Positions 1 through 9,533 are shown, counted from the first letter of the stretch. The stretch is 64,000 bases of DNA from an uncultured Candidatus Saccharibacteria bacterium (GCA_964483035.1 CAYZZS010000002.1:24872-88871), one strand, 5' to 3'. Made by a program: numbers and translations. Notes: generated by a model not told the origin, from the sequence alone.

Positions 1-6
1 GTATAC

Positions 7-963
7 TTGGACAAGAATGGTGCTGAGCAGTCGGTAAGTTACGTAAGGGGGGAAGTGAAACTGAACTGGCGCATTGATTGGCCAGCTCGCTGGTCGCTGC
101 TTGGGGTGGATGTTGAACCGTTCGGCCGTGACCATGCCACCAAGGGCGGCTCTTATGATACCGGCAAGGTTATTGCAAGCAAAGTGTATGGTATTCCAGC
201 TCCGCTGCCGGTGCCGTATAACTTCATCAACAGAACCGGAGACACAAAGAAAATGAGCAAAAGTGCCGGTGATACGATAACGGCTGCCGAATTGCTCAAC
301 ATGCTGCCGGCAGAAGTTGTGTGGTATTTCATTATCCGCTATGCGCCGGACAAGCAGCTATTCTTTGATGAGGGGCCGACACTTATGCGTCTGGTGGATG
401 AGTTTAGTGAACTTATAGCCAAGCCGGATAAGTCTGAACTTGAATCGCAGCTGGTTGAGCTGTGCACTCAGGGTATCGAGACGAGGACGGTTAGCAATAT
501 TCCATTCACGCACCTTGTGGCCAGTTATCAGGCCTCACTCAAGGATGCTGATATGACGCTCGAAGTCATTAAAAGGACGGAGCACGCTGAAACAGCTGAG
601 GCGGATGCCGATATTATTCGAAACGAATTGCGCTTTATCGACGCTTGGCTGACAAAAAGTGCGCCAGAGGACGTAAAATTCGAACTGGCGCAAGACGTTA
701 GCCTTGTCGACTTGAGCGATGCGCAGCGGCAATATTTGTCAAAACTGGCAGATAAGATTGAGCAAGCGCCTGCTGATGCCGATGGGGAATGGTTCCATAA
801 GGCGATATATGACTTCAAGGAGACAAGCGGGTTGGCGCCAAAGGATCTCTTTGTAACCCTGTATCAAGTACTGATACGGAAAGACTCCGGCCCGCGCGCG
901 GGATGGTTCCTTAGTATTCTGCCTCGTGAGTGGCTGATCCAGCGCTTACGCCTCCAAGGGTAG
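7..963 (+). CDS. Class I aminoacyl-tRNA synthetase C-terminal portion, most consistent with class I lysyl-tRNA synthetase (5' end truncated by window edge)
   Basis: KMSKS signature (TKKMSKSAGD) and a GRDHATKGGSYDTGK block resembling tRNA-synt_1f family; ORF runs from window start. GluRS cannot be fully excluded. Confidence 0.5.
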   Translation: MDKNGAEQSVSYVRGEVKLNWRIDWPARWSLLGVDVEPFGRDHATKGGSYDTGKVIASKVYGIPAPLPVPYNFINRTGDTKKMSKSAGDTITAAELLNMLPAEVVWYFIIRYAPDKQLFFDEGPTLMRLVDEFSELIAKPDKSELESQLVELCTQGIETRTVSNIPFTHLVASYQASLKDADMTLEVIKRTEHAETAEADADIIRNELRFIDAWLTKSAPEDVKFELAQDVSLVDLSDAQRQYLSKLADKIEQAPADADGEWFHKAIYDFKETSGLAPKDLFVTLYQVLIRKDSGPRAGWFLSILPREWLIQRLRLQG

Positions 964-1078
964 CCATTATTTCAAGGCTTCAACAGGCGTATACTGAAGA
1001 GTGCAGGAGGGGGCTATGACTAATCAGGTGGTTTTTGCGGCAGGATGCTTCTGGGGAGTGCAGTATTAATTCGACCAG

Positions 1079-1513
1079 GTGCCGGGTGTGCTTGAGACAA
1101 CGGTCGGGTACACTGGCGGGCATACTGACAATCCAACCTATGAAGCAGTCTGCTCGCATGCGACGGGCCATGCTGAGGCAGTGGAGATAGTCTTTGACCC
1201 TGATGTGGTGACATATGAAGTGTTGCTTAAGCACTTCTTTCGGATGCACGATCCTACCCAGTTAAACAGGCAGGGTCCGGATATTGGTGACCAGTACCGT
1301 TCAGCTGTCTTCTATATGAACGATGAGCAAAAGGCGCAAGCTGAGCGAATGATAGAGGCGCTAAGTGCTCAAAATGCGTACGATAAGCCGATTGTAACGA
1401 AACTTGAGCCAGCGGCGGAGTTCTACCCGGCTGAGCCATACCACCAAAAGTACACAGAGCGAACTGGCCATGGTATGTGCCATGTATCGTATGCTCCTGT
1501 AGCCTCATCTTGA
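1079..1513 (+). CDS. msrA: Peptide methionine sulfoxide reductase MsrA. The ORF as called lacks the N-terminus: the true start is ATG 1016 with AGGAGG RBS, but an in-frame TAA at 1067-1069 separates the 17-codon GCFWG segment.
   Basis: Strong similarity to MsrA core (PGV..T.VGYTGG, HDPT, YHQ.Y). Upstream in the same frame: MTNQVVFAAGCFWGVQY-TAA-FDQ then continues. Confidence 0.8.
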   Translation: MPGVLETTVGYTGGHTDNPTYEAVCSHATGHAEAVEIVFDPDVVTYEVLLKHFFRMHDPTQLNRQGPDIGDQYRSAVFYMNDEQKAQAERMIEALSAQNAYDKPIVTKLEPAAEFYPAEPYHQKYTERTGHGMCHVSYAPVASS

Positions 1514-1587
1514 GCGAGGAGAGGCCGATCCTGATTAGCTGATAGGTTGGTTGCGCGAGCGGCTCTCATATATGCTATAGTGCTGTC

Positions 1588-2487
1588 ATGGCTAAGAAGA
1601 CTACAACATCGACCAGGAGTGCGAAAAAAACAGGAAAAAAGACAACCAATAAAAATAAAACTGCAGCAGTCGCCGTCGATTCGGTAAAAAAACAGCGCAG
1701 TGGCGGCTTGTTTGGTTTTCTGAAGGGAAATGAGGCGGGTCTCAATAAATTTAATTTAGTACTCTCATTCCTGTACTTGGTGCAGGCTATAGCGATTATC
1801 GTGCTAAGTAAGCAGGCGAGTCTACCGGTGACAAGTATGTACGGTACAGAGGATAGTCTAGCTACCGGAAGCGGGGAGATAGTGTCAGCCCAGGCGATAC
1901 GTCATTTGTTTGATGTTAGCTTGCCGTACATATTGGCTGTCATGCTGCTTATTCCGGCGGTATTGCACTTTGTTTCAGCAAATGTATTCGGGGCGCAGTA
2001 TAAGAAGGATGTGCAGGTTGGCCGCAACCGGTTCCGCTGGATAGACTATAGCGTCGGCGGAGGGCTTGCGCTATTGGTGGTAGCTATGCTGAGCGGTGTT
2101 CGGGATATCGCAAGTCTGCTGATGATAGCGGGTTTGAATATCGGGGTCTATCTGCTGGCTTCTATCATTGAATCAGCTGGTGCTCGCGGTGATGCGCGTA
2201 CCGCTCGCCTACGAAATGCAGGACTGCTGCTTGGCGCGCTACCACTTGTTACGATCGCATTGTACGCTATTAGTAGTCTGACGTATGGTGACGATGCGCT
2301 GCCGCTGTATCTCTATGGCTTATATGCGGTTACGATATTGCTTGGGCTGTTTTTGGCCTCGCGGTTGCTGGCGTTTTCAAGGAGTAAAGTCACTGATTAT
2401 CCATATGCAGATCGTCAGTTTAGCCTAGCGGGCTTGCTGGCGAAGAGTGCGGTAGCCTGGATAGTGTTTGCCGGTCTGCTCCGCTAA
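1588..2487 (+). CDS. Heliorhodopsin-like 7TM retinal protein with Lys/Thr-rich basic N-terminal extension
   Basis: Seven predicted TM helices and a long TM1-TM2 loop. Motifs FRWIDYS (TM3) and AKSAVAW (TM7, putative Schiff-base Lys) match my recollection of heliorhodopsin 48C12 (FRWVEYS, AKSALAW); LNKFN...LVQ and ALPVT also align. Confidence 0.6.
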   Translation: MAKKTTTSTRSAKKTGKKTTNKNKTAAVAVDSVKKQRSGGLFGFLKGNEAGLNKFNLVLSFLYLVQAIAIIVLSKQASLPVTSMYGTEDSLATGSGEIVSAQAIRHLFDVSLPYILAVMLLIPAVLHFVSANVFGAQYKKDVQVGRNRFRWIDYSVGGGLALLVVAMLSGVRDIASLLMIAGLNIGVYLLASIIESAGARGDARTARLRNAGLLLGALPLVTIALYAISSLTYGDDALPLYLYGLYAVTILLGLFLASRLLAFSRSKVTDYPYADRQFSLAGLLAKSAVAWIVFAGLLR

Positions 2488-3120
2488 ATGCCAAAAGAGC
2501 ATTTGATTTTTGATTTTGACGGGACGCTAGCGGATAGTCTTCCGCTCTTGATTGCGCTGTTCTATGAAATCACCAAGAGCGAACAGCAATTCAGTGCAGC
2601 TGAGATTGAGCGGCTAAGGAATATGCCGGTGCAGCGTGTTATCAAGGAGCTTGGGGTGCCGCTTTACCGCGTGCCGCGACTGCTGATACACGGGCGAAAC
2701 CAGCTGACGAAACATATAGATGACTTGGCGGCAATTGATGGTATTGTGCCAGTGGTAAAAAAGCTGCACAAGAAAGGGTTTAAGCTATATATTGTCAGCT
2801 CAAACAGTACGCATAATATCCAGCTGTTCTTGGATAGGTATGGAATCGGGGCGTATTTCGAGCATATCTACGGCGGCGTGGGTATATTCGGTAAAGCTTC
2901 AGCGTTGAAGTCTGTTATGAAGCGGGAGAAGTTAGATCGGGGCAGCTGTGTGTATATCGGCGATGAGACGCGGGATATCGAAGCAGCTCGCAAGGCAGGA
3001 GTGGCAGCTATATCTGTTAGCTGGGGGTTCAATGGAAGGCAAATTTTACAAGAGTATCAGCCGGATGCGCTGGTTGATCTGCCAGGGGATCTTCTAAAGG
3101 CGACAGAAGCAGTACAATAG
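2488..3120 (+). CDS. HAD-superfamily hydrolase (phosphoglycolate phosphatase-like)
   Basis: DFDGTLADS motif I, SSNS and GDETRD motifs; start overlaps the stop of the upstream gene (TAAATG). Confidence 0.8.
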   Translation: MPKEHLIFDFDGTLADSLPLLIALFYEITKSEQQFSAAEIERLRNMPVQRVIKELGVPLYRVPRLLIHGRNQLTKHIDDLAAIDGIVPVVKKLHKKGFKLYIVSSNSTHNIQLFLDRYGIGAYFEHIYGGVGIFGKASALKSVMKREKLDRGSCVYIGDETRDIEAARKAGVAAISVSWGFNGRQILQEYQPDALVDLPGDLLKATEAVQ

Positions 3121-3126
3121 AGAGAT

Positions 3127-4377
3127 ATGGAGTCAGTGCGGATAGAAAAGCTAGTGCATGGCGGTCAGGGCATAGGGCAACTGGCTGATGGCCGTAAGGT
3201 GTTCGTATGGAATGCCTTACCTGATGAGTTGGTTTCGGTGCGGTTGACGCGAAAGCGCCGGGACTACGCCGAAGGTATCGCGGAAGGGGTGCTGGAGTCG
3301 TCACCGTATCGCATCGAGCCCAGGGATGAGGCATATTTAAGTACCAGTCCGTGGCAGGTTATGGATTTTGAAGCAGAAAATCGCTATAAGCGGGATATTT
3401 TGATTGAAGCCATGCAGCGTGAGCAGGTAGAGCAGATACCGGGTGACGTACAGTTTTACACTGATGGACGGCAGTGGCAGTACCGCAATAAGATGGAGTA
3501 TAGCTTTTGGGCGGATGATGATGGCCTGCATCTAGCACTGTTTTATCGCGGCAACCACGGTAAGCGGATTGTGGCTGGCAGCAGCATTGCCATGCCGGAA
3601 ATTGATGCAACAGCTCACAAGGTGCTGGCTATACTCAACGAAAACGGCATACGCGGCTCGCAATTAAAAACACTTGTACTGCGCTGCAATCAGGCCGGCG
3701 ATGTCGCAGCTGCGTTGTATGTCAAAGACGAGTCATTCCCGGATATTAAAAAGCTGGCCGAAGTAGGCAAGGGTATCGCTGTGTGCTACTCCAATCCGAA
3801 AAGTCCGGCTAGTGTGCTAACGCGGGAGCTGTACCGCTACGGTGATGTAGCATTAAGCGATACGCTCCTAGGTGTCACAATTACCTATGACGTGTTTTCG
3901 TTTTTCCAGGTCAATCTGCCGGTGTTTGAGACGGTACTGAAGCGTATAGATGAATTCAGCGGCGAGGCAGAAAATATCATTGATATGTATAGCGGCGTCG
4001 GGACTATCGGCGTGGCGCTGGGCGGCGCGAAAACTATCGTGGAGAGCGATCCGCATAACATTCCTTTCGCTCAGCGCAATGCAGAGACGCATGGCATTAA
4101 AGTAGTGCATGCTACGGCGGAACAGGCGCTCGACCGCATTACGGATTACGCTACGATTATTGTCGATCCGCCGCGGGCCGGTCTGCATGCTGATTTGGTT
4201 TCACGGCTGAATGAGGTAAAGCCCCGGCAGATTATGTACCTCAGCTGCAATCCAGCTACTCAGGCTCGGGACATTGCTCGATTACAGGAGAATTTCCGGC
4301 TGCGAATACTGGAGGGCTTTAACTTTTTTCCGCGCACCCCGCATATCGAATCTCTGGCTGTGCTTGAACGGTTGTAA
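3127..4377 (+). CDS. RNA (uracil-C5)-methyltransferase, RlmD/RumA/TrmA family (TRAM + SAM MTase), no Fe-S cysteine cluster
   Basis: DMYSGVGTIG motif I, VDPPRAGL motif IV, YLSCNPAT catalytic-Cys motif; N-terminal TRAM-like beta domain. Confidence 0.85.
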   Translation: MESVRIEKLVHGGQGIGQLADGRKVFVWNALPDELVSVRLTRKRRDYAEGIAEGVLESSPYRIEPRDEAYLSTSPWQVMDFEAENRYKRDILIEAMQREQVEQIPGDVQFYTDGRQWQYRNKMEYSFWADDDGLHLALFYRGNHGKRIVAGSSIAMPEIDATAHKVLAILNENGIRGSQLKTLVLRCNQAGDVAAALYVKDESFPDIKKLAEVGKGIAVCYSNPKSPASVLTRELYRYGDVALSDTLLGVTITYDVFSFFQVNLPVFETVLKRIDEFSGEAENIIDMYSGVGTIGVALGGAKTIVESDPHNIPFAQRNAETHGIKVVHATAEQALDRITDYATIIVDPPRAGLHADLVSRLNEVKPRQIMYLSCNPATQARDIARLQENFRLRILEGFNFFPRTPHIESLAVLERL

Positions 4378-4428
4378 TGGCTGCTTGGTGACTGTATGCT
4401 GTAAGCCATAAGTAATAAGGTAAAAAAC

Positions 4429-5301
4429 ATGGAAAATCAAACCACGGGCCAACCTGTCCCGAATCAGCCGAACACTCAGCCAGTTGCAGCGCAGCCACAG
4501 ACAGTAAGTCAGCCGCCAGTGCAGTCGACGCCGCAGCCAGTGTATCCAGTAAGTCATCCGTCGATGCCGGACGGTGGCGGCATTGCCGCTGCACCGCAGC
4601 CGACTGTTGCAGCCTCTGGCGCCGTTCCTGCGCATGGTTTGCAAGATGCTGAAGGTGATAAGAGTTATGTACTGGCGGTTGTCTTATCGCATCTGTTCGG
4701 TGGTCTCGGAGTTGATCGGTTCTATCTGGGGTATGTTGGTACAGGAGTCGCTAAACTCTTGACGTTCGGCGGCTTCGGTCTATGGGCACTCATCGACGAA
4801 ATCAGACTGATATTTGGAGGTCTGCGCCAGCGGGATGGCAAGTATCTTCGTGGATATGCGGAACATAGTAAAATGTTCAAAATTATCTTCATGATACTGC
4901 TGGGTCTACAGTTTCTAATTGTGCTGCCCCTGTTCTTCGGTTTAATGCTTGCGACGATGACTGGCGTTCAATCGAAGGCTAGGGATACCGAGCGTGAGGT
5001 TGATATCAAAGCCATATACGCGCAAATCGAAGCATATTATGGCACGGAGATGCGATATCCGTCCGAGGCAGAGATTAATAGTGATGTGTTCCGCTCACTC
5101 AATTTCACTGGGCTGGATAAAGAGGCGTACAAGTCGCCAGAAGGAACATCGTACTACTTCGTAAAAACACCGACCAGGGAATCGTACGCCTATTCAGCAT
5201 CACCTATAGGGTGTGATAACATCCTCGTTGACTGCCTGGGCTATGCATTAGTGGCTGCAAAAGAAGACGGAACATTATTTACTAAAACTAACCTTAATTA
5301 A
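4429..5301 (+). CDS. TM2-domain membrane protein with Pro/Gln-rich N-terminal low-complexity region
   Basis: LSHLFGGLGVDRFYLGYVGTGVAKLLTFGGFGLWALIDEI matches the TM2 domain signature; additional TM segment and C-terminal domain. Confidence 0.65.
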   Translation: MENQTTGQPVPNQPNTQPVAAQPQTVSQPPVQSTPQPVYPVSHPSMPDGGGIAAAPQPTVAASGAVPAHGLQDAEGDKSYVLAVVLSHLFGGLGVDRFYLGYVGTGVAKLLTFGGFGLWALIDEIRLIFGGLRQRDGKYLRGYAEHSKMFKIIFMILLGLQFLIVLPLFFGLMLATMTGVQSKARDTEREVDIKAIYAQIEAYYGTEMRYPSEAEINSDVFRSLNFTGLDKEAYKSPEGTSYYFVKTPTRESYAYSASPIGCDNILVDCLGYALVAAKEDGTLFTKTNLN

Positions 5302-5308
5302 TCCGGTT

Positions 5309-6004
5309 GTGTCAAGATTGCATAGATTCTATACGGGTGATGAAGTTAAGCTGACGCATGATTTTTGGCTGCAGGACAAACGGCTGCTGTGGCAATGGAG
5401 CAAGGTGCTTCGATTCCAGGCTGGTCAGGAGGTGATTCTGTTTAATGGGGTAGGGCGTGACCGGCTGTACCGTATCGAAGCAATTACACCGGACGCTGCA
5501 CATTTACAGCACGTAACTGATCTGGTGCGCCAGGTGCCGGAGCGGGATGTGTACTTGTTCTGGGCACTGCTCAAAAAGGACAAAAACGATTGGGTGCTGC
5601 AAAAGTGCACCGAGCTTGGCGTGAGCCATTTTGTTCCATTGTTAAGTGAGCGGAGCGAGAAGCAGGGCTTGAATCCGGAGCGAGCAGAAAAGATCGTGAT
5701 TGAGGCTGCTGAGCAGTGCGGCCGCAGCGATGTTCCAAATATTCGTGAGCCGATGCTGCTGGAGTCAGTACTCAGAGAGTATGCAGGAAAAGTGCCGCTG
5801 TATGTTTGCGAACAGGCAAGCGGAGGCCGAGCGGATAAAGATATTCCAGACGAGTTTGGCCTGCTGGTTGGGCCGGAGGGCGGTTGGTCTGAGCGGGAGA
5901 AAAAGGTATTCCAGGAACACGAGCTAAAACATGTAGGACTGCACAAATTTACGCTTCGCGCTGAGACTGCGAGCGTTGCAGCCGCGGCATTGCTGATACA
6001 ATAG
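5309..6004 (+). CDS. rsmE: 16S rRNA (uracil1498-N3)-methyltransferase RsmE
   Basis: PUA-like N-terminus, SPOUT C-terminal GPEGGWS motif typical of RsmE. Confidence 0.8.
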   Translation: MSRLHRFYTGDEVKLTHDFWLQDKRLLWQWSKVLRFQAGQEVILFNGVGRDRLYRIEAITPDAAHLQHVTDLVRQVPERDVYLFWALLKKDKNDWVLQKCTELGVSHFVPLLSERSEKQGLNPERAEKIVIEAAEQCGRSDVPNIREPMLLESVLREYAGKVPLYVCEQASGGRADKDIPDEFGLLVGPEGGWSEREKKVFQEHELKHVGLHKFTLRAETASVAAAALLIQ

Positions 6005-6011
6005 AGTACTG

Positions 6012-6812
6012 ATGAACTATTGGAGGGAACGGAGCCAGCCGTACAAGCCTGGACAAACAACACCCTATAAGGTGAGCCGCAGTAAGATCGAGCTATTCAA
6101 GCAGTGTCCGCGCTGCTTTTGGTTGGACGTGCGTCTGAAGATAAAGCGGCCGGATGGACCGCCGTTTAATATCAACAAAGCAATTGACGAGCTGTTGAAG
6201 CGGGAGTTTGATGCTCACCGCGCCGCAGGCACCCAGCATCCGCTGCAAGTGCGTTTTAAAATCGCAGCCAGGCCGTATCGGTGCGACCAAATTGACGCTT
6301 GGCGGGAAAATTTCGTAGGGGTACATACGGTTCATAAGCCCACTAACTTGCACGTGTTCGGCGCCGTCGATGATGTGTGGGTCAACGACACAGACGAGTT
6401 GATCGTGGTGGACTACAAGGCGACAGCCAAGGCTAAGCCGGTGAAGTCGCTCGGTCCAGTCGGTACTTGGCATGATGGGTATCGCCGGCAAATGGAGACT
6501 TATCAGTGGTTGCTAAGAGCTAACGGGCATAAAGTGAGTGATACCGGATACTTTGTCTATGCTACCGGTGATATGAATGGGGACGGCTTTAATGATGTAG
6601 TTAAATTCACTACGCATGTATTTCCGCACACCGGAAGCGATGCCTGGGTGGAACCAACGCTTCTCGCCATGAAAGAGTGTATGGAGGGTGATATTCCTCC
6701 GGTTGGCAAAAGTGCCATGGGGGGAGACTGTGAATTTTGCACCTATGCACGTCAGCGCACCGAGCTGACATTGCAAGCGGTGCGAGCTGCTCAAGCCAAG
6801 GGCAGACGGTAG
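6012..6812 (+). CDS. PD-(D/E)XK nuclease superfamily protein, Cas4/RecB-like with terminal Cys cluster
   Basis: Motifs VDDVW...D.DELIVVDYK (D, E-x-K), N-terminal CPRC and C-terminal CEFC cysteines as in Cas4-type Fe-S nucleases. Confidence 0.6.
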   Translation: MNYWRERSQPYKPGQTTPYKVSRSKIELFKQCPRCFWLDVRLKIKRPDGPPFNINKAIDELLKREFDAHRAAGTQHPLQVRFKIAARPYRCDQIDAWRENFVGVHTVHKPTNLHVFGAVDDVWVNDTDELIVVDYKATAKAKPVKSLGPVGTWHDGYRRQMETYQWLLRANGHKVSDTGYFVYATGDMNGDGFNDVVKFTTHVFPHTGSDAWVEPTLLAMKECMEGDIPPVGKSAMGGDCEFCTYARQRTELTLQAVRAAQAKGRR

Positions 6813-6841
6813 GTTGTCTTACGCAGGCTGTGCAATAATAG

Positions 6842-7816
6842 TTGTTAATGGTTATGGCAAACGATACGCAGCAGACGATAGACCTCTCAAGTCTGCATAG
6901 GTCATCTGATCTACAGCTGAAGTTGCCCCGTCTAGTTTCAGGTATTATCATCCTGTTCATTCTTGTGTCAATGCTGGCGATAGCATCAGTGCCATTTGCC
7001 GGAAGCACAAAGCTTGCTCTGTTATATTCGGCGATTCCGTGGCAAATCGGACTAATTCTATCCGGTTTGGTGATCGGAGGCGCGGTACTTTTTTATGTGA
7101 TAGAGAATAAGCGCCAGAAATCCATCTCCGCGTTTGCGCAAGCAAATAATCTGGCGAAACTTGATTCAGCGTACCTTATGCAACTTATTCCACCTTCGCT
7201 ACGAGGCGTTGGCAGACAGCAGAAAGCCGTAAACGGATTTGCACTACCAATCGCTGGTCGTATAGTGGTCGTATTCGAGTACTCGCACACTACCGGATCA
7301 GGTAAAAGTCGGAAGGTGCATAATTTTTCGCTTGCGGCGTTCAATACCAAGGAGTCCTACCCGCATATTTTTCTCGATGGCAAGATTAACGGTGTGAATA
7401 GCGAGTTTTCGGTAGATCAGCGAATCAGTCTGGAAGGGGATTTTGACAAGCACTTCCAGCTGTACGCTCCAGAAGGCGGCCGGGTTGCCGCGTTGGCGAT
7501 ATTGACGCCGGACGTTATGCAGACGATGATTCGTGCCGCATGGGCATACGATGTAGAGATAGTGGATCGGACGGTATTTCTGATTTCTGACCTTCCAGTC
7601 TACACCCAGGCTGGCATGGATCGGCTGCAGATGTGCATTAAGGCGCTTGCCGGAGAGTTGGATCATCGTGATAAGGCCTGGAGGCCGGTGGTATCGGATG
7701 AAGGATCTGTCATGACATTGAAAAAGCGGATAAAAGTGTGGGAGATAGCAATCGGGGTGGCAGTTCTCCTTTTTCTATTCTCCCAGTTCGTTTTGCCGTT
7801 AGTCTTTGCAGACTAG
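6842..7816 (+). CDS. Hypothetical membrane protein (two N-terminal TM helices, C-terminal TM anchor)
   Basis: Hydrophobic segments at N- and C-termini; no recognised catalytic motif. Confidence 0.45.
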   Translation: MLMVMANDTQQTIDLSSLHRSSDLQLKLPRLVSGIIILFILVSMLAIASVPFAGSTKLALLYSAIPWQIGLILSGLVIGGAVLFYVIENKRQKSISAFAQANNLAKLDSAYLMQLIPPSLRGVGRQQKAVNGFALPIAGRIVVVFEYSHTTGSGKSRKVHNFSLAAFNTKESYPHIFLDGKINGVNSEFSVDQRISLEGDFDKHFQLYAPEGGRVAALAILTPDVMQTMIRAAWAYDVEIVDRTVFLISDLPVYTQAGMDRLQMCIKALAGELDHRDKAWRPVVSDEGSVMTLKKRIKVWEIAIGVAVLLFLFSQFVLPLVFAD

Positions 7817-7863
7817 TGCAAGGCTACCCCATTACCCGGGTTATTGTCGTATAATAGAGGCAT

Positions 7864-9108
7864 ATGCTAGATATTCAGTTTATTCGGGAGCATCGGGACC
7901 GAGCTCAGGGCGATGCCGATAAAAAGGGTGTGCAGGTTGATATTGCTAAGTTGCTGGAGCTGGACGAGCAGCGAAGATCACAGCTTGCCAGGATTGATGA
8001 TCTGCGCATGCAGCGTAATCAGTTGGCAGCTGCTATGAAAAGTCAGCGGCCAACAGAAGATCAGATTGCGAAGGGCAAGCAGCTGAAGGAAGAGATTGCG
8101 CAGCTCGAAGAAGCGTTGGCGGTAATCGAGGAGGGATATCAGGAGCTGCTGCAGGCGGTGCCAAATATTATTCCCGAAGACACGCCGGAAGGCGGCGAGG
8201 AGGCGAATCGTCCGGAGAAGACCTGGGGCGATCCCCGACAGGATGAGGTTAAGGATCATGTGGCGTGGGGCGAAGAGCGTGACATGATTGACTTTGAGCG
8301 TGGCGCCAAAGTTGCCGGGGCAAAATTCTACTACTTGAAAGGTGACCTGGTGCGGCTTGAGCTGGCAGTTTTCCAATTTGGCTTGCAGCTGGCGGCTAAG
8401 TACGGATTTATACCAATGACCGTTCCGCACATGGTGAACACCCGCACAGCTAGCGGCACTGGGTTCCTGCCGCGGGGCGAAGAGCGTCAGATTTATAAGA
8501 TCGAGGGCGAGGATCTTAACCTTATTGCTACGGCAGAGATTCCGATTACCGGCTATCATGCCGACGAAATCCTGGAAGCCGACTCCTTGCCGATTCTCTA
8601 TGTCGGCTTAAGCCCGGCGTACCGTATGGAGGCTGGCGCGTACGGCAAGCACAGTAAGGGTTTGTATCGGGTGCATCAATTTAACAAATTGGAACTATAT
8701 GTTTTCTGTAAACCAGAAGAAAGTGAGCAGTGGCACGAAAAGCTGGTCCGTCTCGAGGAGGAGCTATGCCAGGCGCTGGAAATTCCGTACCAGCTGGTGC
8801 GCATCGCAGCAGGGGACTTAGGTGGTCCGGCGTATAAAAAATACGACATCGAATACTGGAGCCCAGTTGATAAAAGTTACCGTGAACTCATGAGTTGTTC
8901 GAATGTTACCGACTATCAGGCGCGGCGGCTTAACATCCGTTACCGCAACGCTGATGGTAAGCCGGAATTTGTCCATACGCTTAACGGTACCGCGGCAGCC
9001 TTCAGTCGTATGGCAATTGCAATTATCGAGAATCACCAGCGGCCGGACGGTAAAGTGGAGGTGCCGAAGGCCCTGCATCCATACATGAACGGGAAGGCGG
9101 AGATTTAG
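7864..9108 (+). CDS. serS: Seryl-tRNA synthetase
   Basis: N-terminal coiled-coil arm, class II motifs (FRVHQFNKLE, GTAAAFSRM), full-length match. Confidence 0.9.
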   Translation: MLDIQFIREHRDRAQGDADKKGVQVDIAKLLELDEQRRSQLARIDDLRMQRNQLAAAMKSQRPTEDQIAKGKQLKEEIAQLEEALAVIEEGYQELLQAVPNIIPEDTPEGGEEANRPEKTWGDPRQDEVKDHVAWGEERDMIDFERGAKVAGAKFYYLKGDLVRLELAVFQFGLQLAAKYGFIPMTVPHMVNTRTASGTGFLPRGEERQIYKIEGEDLNLIATAEIPITGYHADEILEADSLPILYVGLSPAYRMEAGAYGKHSKGLYRVHQFNKLELYVFCKPEESEQWHEKLVRLEEELCQALEIPYQLVRIAAGDLGGPAYKKYDIEYWSPVDKSYRELMSCSNVTDYQARRLNIRYRNADGKPEFVHTLNGTAAAFSRMAIAIIENHQRPDGKVEVPKALHPYMNGKAEI

Positions 9109-9170
9109 CTACATATTTTACCGTAGCCAAAATGAAGTTTGGCTGGATAGTTTTAAGTAAGGAGGGTGTC

Positions 9171-9533
9171 ATGATAGAAAAACTCGACGTTTCGGGCGTA
9201 CATATGAATGTCGGGACTAATCTGAACAAGTACGTGGTAAAGAAGATCGGCAAGCTGGACAAGTATCTGCCACGCCACGCGCGCGCAAGTGTCCAGGTTG
9301 ACGTGCGGCTCAAAGAGTCCCGGGCAAAGGACAAGAAGACCAGTACCTGTGAAGTGGTAATGCGTCTACCGCATGAAACGATTGCCGTTAAGGAAAGTAC
9401 CGTCAATATGTTTGCCGCAGTTGATATCGTCGAGGCGAAACTGAAGAACCAGCTCCGGAAATACAAGGACCTACATAGCACCAAGCGCTTGCACAATAAG
9501 ATTCTGGCTCGCTTGCGCCGCCAGTCCGCCTAA
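9171..9533 (+). CDS. hpf: Ribosome hibernation promoting factor / RaiA family (short form)
   Basis: MIEKLDVSGVHMNV...YLPRHAR...VDVRL pattern of sigma-54 modulation/RaiA fold. GGAGGG RBS 5 nt upstream of ATG 9171 (ORF tool start 9132 is likely an extension). Confidence 0.7.
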   Translation: MIEKLDVSGVHMNVGTNLNKYVVKKIGKLDKYLPRHARASVQVDVRLKESRAKDKKTSTCEVVMRLPHETIAVKESTVNMFAAVDIVEAKLKNQLRKYKDLHSTKRLHNKILARLRRQSA

